Positions 48,828 through 58,100 of a stretch of 64,000 nucleotides of DNA are shown one piece after another. The notes under the pieces are model-generated. The model was not told where the DNA came from and did not search any database. It saw only the letters and a list, made by a program, of their open reading frames with translations. The DNA is taken from positions 15,431 through 79,430 of IMG/VR virus record IMGVR_UViG_3300002307_000042; one strand, 5' to 3'. Position 1 is the stretch's first letter; each line of letters begins with the position of its first letter. Origin of the DNA: a virus (lineage: Duplodnaviria > Caudoviricetes). A program made the translations under genes and the position numbers.

Positions 48828-49844
48828 ATGAATAACTTCTTTAAAAAAGCCGCAGTATTCACCGATCTTCATGTTGGTTTAAAAAGTAATAGCGTCTTGC
48901 ATAACAATGATTGTGAGGATTTTGTTGATTGGTTCATTAGTAAAGCCAAAGAAGAAGACTGCGAAACATGTTTTTTCTTGGGCGACTGGCATCATCATAG
49001 GGCAAGCATCAATGTTCACTCCCTATCATACTCAATTCGGTTGTTAGAAAAATTAAATAATGCATTTGAAAAAGTCCTAATCATTCCTGGCAACCATGAT
49101 TTATACTATCGTGACCGCAGAGACGTTCACAGTGTTGAGTGGGCTAATCACTTACCCAATGTGCAGATCGTAAATGATTGGTTCAACAAGGGTAATGTAG
49201 TCATCGCGCCGTGGCTAGTGGGTGATGACTACAAAAAATTAGCAAAGATGTCAGGTAAGTATCTGTTTGCTCACCTAGAACTTCCAAACTTTTATATGAA
49301 TGCCATGGTCAAGATGCCAGATCACGGTGAACTTAAAGATGATGATGTTACTGGATTTGAAAAGGTATTCAGTGGGCACTTTCATAAGCGTCAAGCTCGT
49401 AACAACATCTGGTATATCGGTAATGCATTCCCGCATAACTATGCAGACGCAGGTGATGATGCTCGTGGTATGATGATTCTAGAATGGGATCAAGAGCCAG
49501 AGTTTCATTCATGGCCTAATCAGCCTAAGTTCCGTGTGTACAAATTAAGTGAGATTCTTGATAATCCAGAAGGATTGTTACTTCCCAAGTCTCACGTTAG
49601 GGTGCATCTTGATATTGATATCTCATATGAAGAAGCAAACTTCATTCGTGAAACACTTATCCCCACACATCAGCTTAGAGAAATGACACTTATTCCTATG
49701 AAACTTGAAGGTGTTGGGCAAGACTTGGCTCCAGGCGAATTAAAGTTTGAGAGCGTTGATCAAATCATTGTAGACCAAATCACCGCTATCGAAAGTGATT
49801 TCTTCGATCCCAAAGTTCTATTAGAGATTTACCGTAACCTATGA
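48828..49844 (+). CDS. gp47: Recombination endonuclease subunit (Mre11/SbcD-like)
   Basis: Metallophosphoesterase motifs FTDLHVG, LGDWHH, PGNHD, SGHFH. Promoter TTGTGT-17-TATACT at 48792-48820 favours the start at 48828 (48822 also possible). Confidence 0.92.
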   Translation: MNNFFKKAAVFTDLHVGLKSNSVLHNNDCEDFVDWFISKAKEEDCETCFFLGDWHHHRASINVHSLSYSIRLLEKLNNAFEKVLIIPGNHDLYYRDRRDVHSVEWANHLPNVQIVNDWFNKGNVVIAPWLVGDDYKKLAKMSGKYLFAHLELPNFYMNAMVKMPDHGELKDDDVTGFEKVFSGHFHKRQARNNIWYIGNAFPHNYADAGDDARGMMILEWDQEPEFHSWPNQPKFRVYKLSEILDNPEGLLLPKSHVRVHLDIDISYEEANFIRETLIPTHQLREMTLIPMKLEGVGQDLAPGELKFESVDQIIVDQITAIESDFFDPKVLLEIYRNL

Positions 49845-49882
49845 ATAAGGAATAAATACTACTATAGGAGTAGTAACACAAT

Positions 49883-50746
49883 ATGGTACATAGACCTAAG
49901 AACCGCACAATTGACCAGATTATAGATGATTATATGTCTGCTAAAGCAAGAACTGACGTATTGGGTGTAGATTTCGTTCTTACGGAAGGGCAAAGAAATG
50001 AGCTCCGGGAGGTGATTACGTTCTTCGGACCAAATTCGCTTAGCCGAAGTAGAGCCGGCGGTGGCCTTAGCCAAAAAACATTAGAAATTATAATTCCCAG
50101 ATTCTTAAAGTTTAATTTATCCGGATTTGTTGAAAGGCTGAACGCAATATCCAAAATGTCTTCTAAATCATCATGGGAATATTTCTGTCTAATATACGGA
50201 GAAGAAGAAGCAGCTAAGGTTTGGAAGAAAAAAGCGGACCAGTGCGCCTTATCAGAAGATAGGTTAGGCCAAGAACGCTGGGAGAAATGGCTTAACAAAC
50301 GTTCCGGGAGCTTTCTTGATAGATGGACTTCTCAGTTGGGATCGGAAGAGGCGGCGGCAAAGTATGCTAATCTTCAACAAACACTGTCGAAAGTAAAAAC
50401 GCTTGAGGGTTATATTGAGAGGTTTGGTGAAGAACTAGGTAGACAAAAATACGAAGAACGTTATAATAATGTCAACTCTAAAGAATACAAAACATATGCT
50501 AGAAAAGTACATAGACTGAGTGGGAAAATATACAATGAAAACATTGATATAATAAACCCAGAACGACACCCTAGGACATTAAATGGTGTTGAAGGCGGCT
50601 GGCAGCTTGATCATATCGTGTCCATAAAAGAATGCTTTTTACTAGGTAAACCAGCCGAAGAAGCAGCTTCTTTAGAAAACCTTAGAATGCTTCCATGGAA
50701 GGATAACTTAATGAGAAATTATATCAAAAATGTCAATAATACTTAA
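49883..50746 (+). mobile_element. Free-standing HNH-type endonuclease between gp47 and gp46
   Basis: C-terminal WQLDHIVSIKEC..SLENLRMLPWKDNL; central (E/Q)xGxEE..KY repeats; own ATAAATA motif (49852-49858) and GGAG SD. Confidence 0.72.
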
Positions 50747-52817
50747 AAACATAACTCTTAGAAACTTTCTTTCGATCGGGGCGGTCTGTCAAGCAGTCAA
50801 CTTTGATAGCAAAGAACTTACACTTATTCTAGGTGAGAACCTAGACCTAGGCGGCGACGGTGCTAGAAACGGAACAGGTAAGACAACACTGATTCAGGGT
50901 CTTACCTATGTATTGTTTGGTAATCCAATCAATCATATTCGTAAGGACAACTTGATCAATCGCACGAACGGCAAGGGTATGATGGTTACCCTTGAATATA
51001 GTTCTAATGGCATTGATTATAAGATTGAACGCGGCCGCAGACCAAATGTTCTAAAATTCTATGTCAATGGAGAAGAGCAGAAAGAAGACGAAAACAACGC
51101 TCAGGGTGAAAACAAAGATACTCAAAGAGAAATTGACCGCACAATGGGCATGACCAGCGATATGTTTAAGCATATCGTTGCGTTGAATACTTATAGTGCC
51201 CCATTCTTGTCATTACCCGGCGGTGATCAAAGAAAGATCATTGAACAGTTGCTTGGTATCACCTTGCTTAGTGAAAAAGCAGAGTTGATCAAAGAAAAAA
51301 TCAAGACCAACAAGGACATCATCCAGCAAGAAGAATTTAGAATTAAGGCAGTTGAAGAGGCTAACAAGCGTGTTCAAGAACAGATTGATGCGTTAAAGCG
51401 CAGGCAGAATCTTTGGGTCAAACAGTATGATGATTCACTAGCTAAGTTAGTTGCTGACTACGATGACCTTAGTAAGATTGATATTGAAAACGAGTTGCAA
51501 TTGCACCGTGAGTTAAATCTGTGGATCGAAAAGAAAAAGCAAAAAGACACATGTGATGCATTAATTGCTCGTCAGGTAGCTTGGAAGCAAAAGCAGGATA
51601 AAGATGTTCTAGCACTTCGTAACCGTTATAATGCAATGAGCCACATTGATATTGATAATGAATTGCAGTTACATAAAGACTTAGCAGAATGGAAGCGTAA
51701 GAAAACAGAAAGTGTTTCACTTTCCGCTACTAAAAGTAATCTTGAAAAGATGATAGTTAAGGATCAACAGACAATCAACAAATTGTCTAGTGAAATAAAG
51801 ACCCTTGAAGATCATACTTGCTATGCATGTGGTCAGGAATTCCATGACGAAAATCACACTTCTGTTTTAGAAGCCAAGCGTTCGTTACTTGCTGACACCG
51901 AAGCAGAGTTTACCCAAACCCAAAATGAGATTGAAAAAATAAAAATTTCTTTAGAGAATTTGGATTTGGGTAATATGCCTTCTACACACTATCCAACTGA
52001 AGCTGAAGCTATTCGCCATAGCTCGGAAATTGAGCGTATTCAAAATCAAATAGACGATAAGCTTAATGAAACTGATCCTTATGCTGAGCAGATTTCAGAA
52101 CAATGCACTTTTGATAGTCTAGGTCCTCGTCCGATCACTCATTACAATACCGAATCTGAAGCCATTGAACATAAGAGCGTAGTCGCTACTTTGATTTCGC
52201 AAATTGAAAAGAAAGCGGAAGAAACCGATCCATATCATGAACAAATAACCGACATGGAAAAGAAAGCATTGCAAGAGATTAGTTTTGATAAGATCAATGA
52301 ACTAACCAAGTATGGTGATCACTTGAAATTCTTACAAGACCTGTTGACTAGTAAGGATAGCTTTGTTCGTAAAAAGATAATTGATCAGAACTTAAGTTAT
52401 CTAAATAGTAGGTTGACAAACTATCTTGATAAGATTGGATTGCCACACACTGTAGTTTTCAAGAATGACTTGTCAGTTGAAATTACCGAACTCGGAAGAG
52501 AACTTGATTTCTACAATCTTAGTAGAGGAGAAATGAACCGGTTAATTTTAGCGTTATCATTTGCGTTCCGAGATGTGTGGGAAAACCTGTATTTTCCAAT
52601 CAACACTATCTTTATTGATGAACTTATTGACAGCGGCATGGATACCGTCGGAGTTGAGAATAGTATGGCTATTCTTAAAGATATGTCCCGTAGACGCAAT
52701 AAGAGTATTTGGCTCGTCAGCCATAGAGAAGAACTTGCCGGGCGTGTACCGCAAGTTCTAAAGGTAGTAAAAGAAGGAGGATTTACTACCTATAGCACTA
52801 CTACTGAAATAGATTAA
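50730..52817 (+). CDS. gp46: Recombination ATPase subunit (Rad50/SbcC-like)
   Basis: GARNGTGKTT Walker A; coiled coil with CYAC zinc hook; LSRGE signature; FIDELID; VSH. Confidence 0.95.
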   Translation: MSIILKNITLRNFLSIGAVCQAVNFDSKELTLILGENLDLGGDGARNGTGKTTLIQGLTYVLFGNPINHIRKDNLINRTNGKGMMVTLEYSSNGIDYKIERGRRPNVLKFYVNGEEQKEDENNAQGENKDTQREIDRTMGMTSDMFKHIVALNTYSAPFLSLPGGDQRKIIEQLLGITLLSEKAELIKEKIKTNKDIIQQEEFRIKAVEEANKRVQEQIDALKRRQNLWVKQYDDSLAKLVADYDDLSKIDIENELQLHRELNLWIEKKKQKDTCDALIARQVAWKQKQDKDVLALRNRYNAMSHIDIDNELQLHKDLAEWKRKKTESVSLSATKSNLEKMIVKDQQTINKLSSEIKTLEDHTCYACGQEFHDENHTSVLEAKRSLLADTEAEFTQTQNEIEKIKISLENLDLGNMPSTHYPTEAEAIRHSSEIERIQNQIDDKLNETDPYAEQISEQCTFDSLGPRPITHYNTESEAIEHKSVVATLISQIEKKAEETDPYHEQITDMEKKALQEISFDKINELTKYGDHLKFLQDLLTSKDSFVRKKIIDQNLSYLNSRLTNYLDKIGLPHTVVFKNDLSVEITELGRELDFYNLSRGEMNRLILALSFAFRDVWENLYFPINTIFIDELIDSGMDTVGVENSMAILKDMSRRRNKSIWLVSHREELAGRVPQVLKVVKEGGFTTYSTTTEID

Positions 52818-52855
52818 AAAAATTACCAGCACCGCATAGAAAGATAAGTTAGTAT

Positions 52856-53434
52856 ATGTCATCACCAAGTAAAAACAAAGGATCAAGTTTTGAGAGAGAA
52901 GTCGCTAAGTTTTTGAGCGACCTATATTCTGAGAGCTTTATCAGAGCGCCCGGAAGCGGCGCATATGTGGGTGGAAAGAATCAATCTCGCAAAGAGTTCT
53001 TACACGAAGGACAGATTCGCAGTTTCAAAGGTGATATTGTACCCGGTCAAAGCTTCACAAGGTTTAATGCCGAATGCAAATCATATGCAGACTTCCCATT
53101 TCATTTAGTAGTAGCAGGAGACTGCAAGGTACTAGAAGATTGGATTACACAAATGATGGCAGTCAGTGAACAAGATGATTTAAACATACTATTCATGAAG
53201 TTTAACCGTAAAGGTAAGTTTGTAGTAGTTCCATCAGATAAGACTTGGGTAACGGATAACTTTATTCATTACACTAGCAAACACGCAGGTGATTGGATCA
53301 TTATTGAATTCGATCACTTTTTTAAGCACAACAAAGACCTTCTTAAAGTTTATTCAGGCTCACCATCTAGCTCATCACATTCCCTAACAGACACCATGTC
53401 ATCTTCCCCTAATATACTCAACATTCAAGTTTAA
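52856..53434 (+). CDS. Holliday junction resolvase (PD-(D/E)XK, Hjc-like)
   Basis: SKNKGSSFEREVA..GDIV..ECK motif. Confidence 0.85.
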   Translation: MSSPSKNKGSSFEREVAKFLSDLYSESFIRAPGSGAYVGGKNQSRKEFLHEGQIRSFKGDIVPGQSFTRFNAECKSYADFPFHLVVAGDCKVLEDWITQMMAVSEQDDLNILFMKFNRKGKFVVVPSDKTWVTDNFIHYTSKHAGDWIIIEFDHFFKHNKDLLKVYSGSPSSSSHSLTDTMSSSPNILNIQV

Positions 53435-53454
53435 CCCACAGAACCCTTTTACAT

Positions 53455-53835
53455 TGTTATGTTCGTAAGAACCTCCTTGAGGTCGCACCACAGATGAATG
53501 CGACTAGATTCTGGAGTATGCTTGGTCGCGAGGCTAAGGAACACCGACAGGGCTCTCGTTAGGTAGGCGAACCCTGAATGAGTCTATAGCATATATTCTG
53601 TCTTGACAGCTATAGAACATGCGTTGCAGAGTTAGAAGCTCACTACAGTCCCAGCAAACTTTATAGGGCAACCGGTAGCGTTACACAGCAAAAATCGCTA
53701 GTGTAACGGGGAACAGACAGCAAAGGATGACAGGCCATGGCATGGTTTATCATTGGTAGTGCCTCTCAGAGGCACTACCATGGCTTCCTGACCGGCATGT
53801 GTATTAGAAGTTAATTAATATAGAGCTACCGATTT
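53455..53835 (+). ncRNA. Candidate large structured ncRNA (boundaries and strand approximate)
   Basis: Non-coding, locally GC-rich (35/60 GC at 53521-53580). Stems: GTCGCA/TGCGAC, CAGGG/CCCTG, CTATAGC/GCTATAG, GTTACAC/GTGTAAC, 12-bp TGGTAGTGCCTC/GAGGCACTACCA, long-range CGGTAGC/GCTACCG. Confidence 0.6.
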
Positions 53836-53848
53836 AGTGAATAGAAAA

Positions 53849-53948
53849 GAATTGAAAAGAATAAACAAATTGAAAAAGGTTATACCGAATGAGCAAAGCG
53901 AATGAAGGTATAAGTTGATCGTAGATCAACGATGAATTGAAAAGAATA
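53849..53948. repeat. 15-bp direct repeat GAATTGAAAAGAATA flanking two inverted repeats
   Basis: Copies at 53849-53863 and 53934-53948; TTATACC/GGTATAA (53880-53913) and GTTGATC/GATCAAC (53914-53930) lie between them. Confidence 0.8.
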
Positions 53949-53981
53949 TATCTTACATTGGCTGAGAATATTATATCCAAA

Positions 53982-54212
53982 TCAGAAGAACGGCAATTGA
54001 GATTTCTTTGTGACATCCATGTGTTCTTCAATGATTTGTGAAATTGCGATTCTTTCTTCATTGGACATATTTAATATGTCCTCGTAGGAAGCTCCGCCCC
54101 TCATATGCCAAGCCATGTTTAGAGCGGAGCGTTTGATGTCAATCGTCTCAGTTTCATAGGTCTCAAAAAGCTTCTTAATCTCTTCGGGAGACGACCTGAG
54201 AAGCCTTAGGCG
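53982..54212 (-). CDS. gp51-like 76-aa extension in the -1 frame of the gp26-like gene (predicted frameshift product, 351 aa total)
   Basis: RLRLLRSSPEEIKKLFETYETETIDIKRSALNMAWHMRGGASYEDILNMSNEERIAISQIIEEHMDVTKKSQLPFF*; open from the slippery heptamer at 54212-54218; internal ATG 54116 has no SD. Confidence 0.72.
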   Translation of the reverse strand, partial: RLRLLRSSPEEIKKLFETYETETIDIKRSALNMAWHMRGGASYEDILNMSNEERIAISQIIEEHMDVTKKSQLPFF

Positions 54213-55036
54213 AAAAAATCAGCAGGGTTCAGCGTAATAGTCTGTTCAAACTGGTTTTGGCATGACGGGCAAGTAATAGTCATAGGCTTAATCTCGCTTT
54301 CGGCTCTAAGCTTTGCACTATGGTCTCTGATTGTAGTATATAGATTTCTATCACAATTCTTTAAGAAGTCTAAGATGAATTCTTTTTCTGTTACTTTCTG
54401 TGATGCCGGAGTCTGAATATAATCTACACTTTGACTTAACAGGTCCATAGTAAGGTCTGTGACTTTTTCTAGATAGTCCTGAACAGTTTTGTTGCGCTGG
54501 TCATCATCTTCGATAGTTTCAATTTGATTTAACACGCGCTGGAATTCAAACTGCTTTAATGAAGCATCGTTTACTGCTTTGTAACTTAGTGGCTTTAATT
54601 TTACCTTAAGATCACCTAAGTCAAGTTCAGTATCGAAGTCTGGCTTTCCAATAGTAGATAATACCCCTGCTAAATTGATCGTGTATGTTGAAGTGTCTTC
54701 ACACTTTGGGCATGTGCTATCAAGCTCCATGTTACCTGATGCACTACTTGCAGTTTTAATTGCTACTAATATAGCGTCTAAGTCTACATTTGTTACTGCC
54801 CATGGATCATTGATGCATGGGATACAGCTACGAATCAATTCTGCAATTGCTGTTCCGTTAAACAATGCGTCAGGTGTTCTTACTGTGATTTCATCAATCG
54901 CAGTCATGGGATATACGGGAAGCTCGCCGTTTTCAGGCATATCAATTGAATTCTCAGGATATCCTGTACCATTACTAGGCAATTTGATATAAACTGCTGG
55001 TCTACGAAAATATTGCTTTAGTGGGTTATTGTCCAT
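54206..55036 (-). CDS. gp26: Baseplate hub assembly/tail chaperone, T4 gp26-like
   Basis: NPLKQYFRRPAVYIKLPS..VDLDAILVAIK..CPKC..CPSC..NPADFFA; divergent from the tape-measure genes. Confidence 0.82.
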   Translation of the reverse strand: MDNNPLKQYFRRPAVYIKLPSNGTGYPENSIDMPENGELPVYPMTAIDEITVRTPDALFNGTAIAELIRSCIPCINDPWAVTNVDLDAILVAIKTASSASGNMELDSTCPKCEDTSTYTINLAGVLSTIGKPDFDTELDLGDLKVKLKPLSYKAVNDASLKQFEFQRVLNQIETIEDDDQRNKTVQDYLEKVTDLTMDLLSQSVDYIQTPASQKVTEKEFILDFLKNCDRNLYTTIRDHSAKLRAESEIKPMTITCPSCQNQFEQTITLNPADFFA

Positions 55037-55132
55037 GTTCAGTCCTTAAAAGTAGTGGTTTTAAAATATAATAAATACAATTACTATTTAGTTGGGCAAA
55101 TATACACATATTTTATTTTACCGGAATGTTTG

Positions 55133-58100
55133 ATGGATCTAGAAACTTTAAATCAACTTGAACAAAGTTTAATGGAACTGCGTGACGCGGTTCAGCAAAA
55201 TGCTATGTACTTGAATTCGCTCGGTTCATCCATGCGATCTATGGGAACTTCAGTAGATAGAAATACACAAAGTTCTAAAAAAGCAAGTGAAAGTGCTGAA
55301 AGAGCTTCCGAAGGCTCTAGTGATTTGGTTAAAGCATATAGTGATTCGGAAAAGCAACATCAAGAACGAGCCCAAAGATATAGTAATGCATTAGATAATG
55401 CCGGCGGGGCTGTTAAATCATTCTCAGTAGCCATATTATCAGCAGAAAATAGCCTATCAAAATATTCCTCTGGCGTAGAAGGTTTAGGTAATGCTACTGA
55501 AGCATTAACTAGAGGCACAGGTGGATTTACCCGAGGCGCCGCTTTAGGTGCAGTAGCGTACACTAAGTTAGTAAAATCTGCATTGAGTGTAGATGATCAA
55601 ATAATAAATTTCAGGGATAGTTTTGTTGAGACAGCTGGCACATTGCCAATGACTACTCAGCAAATAAGATACTTGTCAGCACAAGCCGGTTTTACCGGCG
55701 ATGATATGGCGAAGTTGTCAAAAAGAACTAATGAGCTAGGTGCAAATTTATTAGGTTTAGGAGGATATGCCGGGCAAGGCGCAGCCAAGTTCATGGATAT
55801 GGTTGCGAATGTTCAAGGGGACGAAAGAAAAAGATTTTTACGATTAGGTATTAATCAGGAAACCTTACTAGACTATATGGGCAAGTATGTAGAAATGCAA
55901 GCTGCTCAAGGTAATGCTGCTAAAAATGCAGGAAAGCAAGGAAAAGAGTTAACACAGGCTGCTGAAGATTATGCATTGAATTTGTCTAGATGGTCCGCAT
56001 TGACAGGTAAGAAGGCAGACCAGTTACAAAATACAGGTAAAGATGCGCTTGATACTGTAGAAGAAAAAATAAAAGAAATAGAAGAAAACGAAAAAATTCG
56101 TCAACTGCAAGCCGATATGAATGTGGCAGGAGCAGACAAAAATGCCATTCAATCTCAAATTGATCAAATTTATAAAGAAAGAGATTTAAGACAGTCATTT
56201 ACTATTGCAATGGCTAATACTATGGGCTTAGAAGCTGCACAAGAACAAAATAAAGCAACTATAACTGGTTATCAATCTAGAACTACAGTTCAGCAGGCAA
56301 TAGAAGATATTAAGAGTGCCTACATGAAGAGCGGAGGCAAAGAGGAAGACAAGATAAAAGCTGCTCAAGCAATGCTAGAAAGGTTTAAAGCTCAGGTTAC
56401 TGATCCTACTATTGCTAATCAAATTCAGATAAATGGCGAAGAAATGTTGAAGCTTCTAACCGGTTACGGTAAAGATGCATTGGGGTTTGCTATTAATCAA
56501 ACTGGTAACCTAGAAGATAAATTTAGAAAAATCAAAGAAGATCAAGAAAAAACAATAACTGATGACCAAGATAAGTTATCAAAAATATCAGCAGATATCA
56601 AACAGTTTGAGATTGAAACGAAGCAAAAATTTCAGAACTTTTTGCAGTTCATTGATCCATTGACCAACACATTTATTTCTTTCACTGCGCTACTTGGGTT
56701 GATGACTGCCGGTGGGCTACTAGGAAAAGTATTTAGTGGAGGGATCAGAGGTTTAGGTGGGGGAGCAGCCGCCGAAGAAGCCGCGTTGACAGGAGCAGCA
56801 GCGAACGGTGAAGCTAAATTGACAGGAAAAGCACTTCAAGACTCTCTTAAGGCAGAAAGAAGAGCGGCTGCTATTATCGAAACACAAGCAAAGAAACAAT
56901 TAGGTAAAGAAGTTGCAGAAGAGGTTACTGAAAAAGGGTTCAAAAAGTTTATACCGAATGTTCTTAAGAAAAGTATAAAAGCCCTCCATCCAGCTAATAT
57001 ATTAAAGTCACTTAGTAAAAGTGCAACAAAAGTCGCTGAAGAAGGGGTAAAATCTTTATTAAAACCCGGTAGTCTATTAAAGATAGGAAAAAGTCTAGGT
57101 AAAGGCGTTGCCGGTATACTAGGTGGCGTTGCCCTAGACTATGGTTCTGAATATGCTAAATCGCAAGGTTATGAAAAAACAGGAGCAGCATTAGATATAG
57201 CCTCTTCAGCACTCACTGGTGCTAGCATTGGTGCCACTATAGGTAGTATTGTTCCGGGGGTAGGAACTTTAATCGGCGGTGCTCTAGGAGGAGTATTAGG
57301 TTCTGCTTACGGTTTATATCAGAATTGGGGAACACTAACTAAGTCAGATAAACCTGACACTACTAGCTCAATTGAAGCTTTAAAGTCTATATTAGACCAA
57401 ATCAAGTTATTACAAAAATATGATTTTGATATGGCTAAGATTTCTAAGAATACAGAAGCACTTAATGCTTTTGTAAGCTCATTAATTATAATTTCTGGTA
57501 ATGATCCTAATAGCCAAGGTAAAGCTGAAAGTATAACAGGGGCTATTGTTGAATTCTTGAATGCAAAGATTCCTATGGAATCGTTCATTAACTTTAGTAA
57601 ACTTCCTCTTGATCCCGACAAAACAAAACGAAATGCGATGGCTTTTGTAAACTTCACACAAGCAATGAGTAGTTATAACGGAGTATCTAGTGGATTAGGC
57701 AATATAACTCATGTAATTGCATTAGCATTACAAGAACAGTTTAAAGTAAAGTTACCATTAGATGACTTCCAAAAATTTGCAGGAATGTCAATTGATGCTA
57801 AGAAAGCTGAAAGAAACAGTAAAGCGTTTATAAACTTTGCAAACGCAATGGCAGAGTATAAAGGTGGTCCAGGAATCGTAGATGTAGTCACAGCATGGGC
57901 TGGTAAAAAAGTCAATGAATTGTTTGGTCAGGATGGTCCTATTGATGCTTTCTCTAAATTTGCAAAAATGGACTTTGGGCCTAGAGCAAGTAGTAATGCT
58001 GATGCATTTAGAAAATATGCAGAATCAATTGGAATTATAAGAGACTCGCAAGCTAACCAAACCCAGTCGCAGGATTCTCAACCGGGAGCAGCTACACCTG

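Noticed and set aside
53435-53505. RNase P-like words ACAGAACC and AGATGAATG
   Set aside because: They occur in the wrong order and the GAGGAAAGTCC P4 motif is absent; not called RNase P without a covariance-model hit.
53572-53625. Hammerhead-like CTGAATGA followed by a stem
   Set aside because: No GAAA after the putative stem II and no stem I/III arrangement with an NUH site.
53834-54061. 75-aa minus-strand ORF in the track (MKKESQFHK...)
   Set aside because: Wrong frame; the overlapping frame 53982-54212 gives the gp51-like sequence, and this ORF runs into the repeat/hairpin tract.
55055-55132. N-terminal extensions given by the ORF track (also 7534-7566, 47014-47037, 48713-48754, 48792-48827)
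   Set aside because: They overlap promoter or leader motifs; downstream ATGs fit the SD or promoter spacing better.
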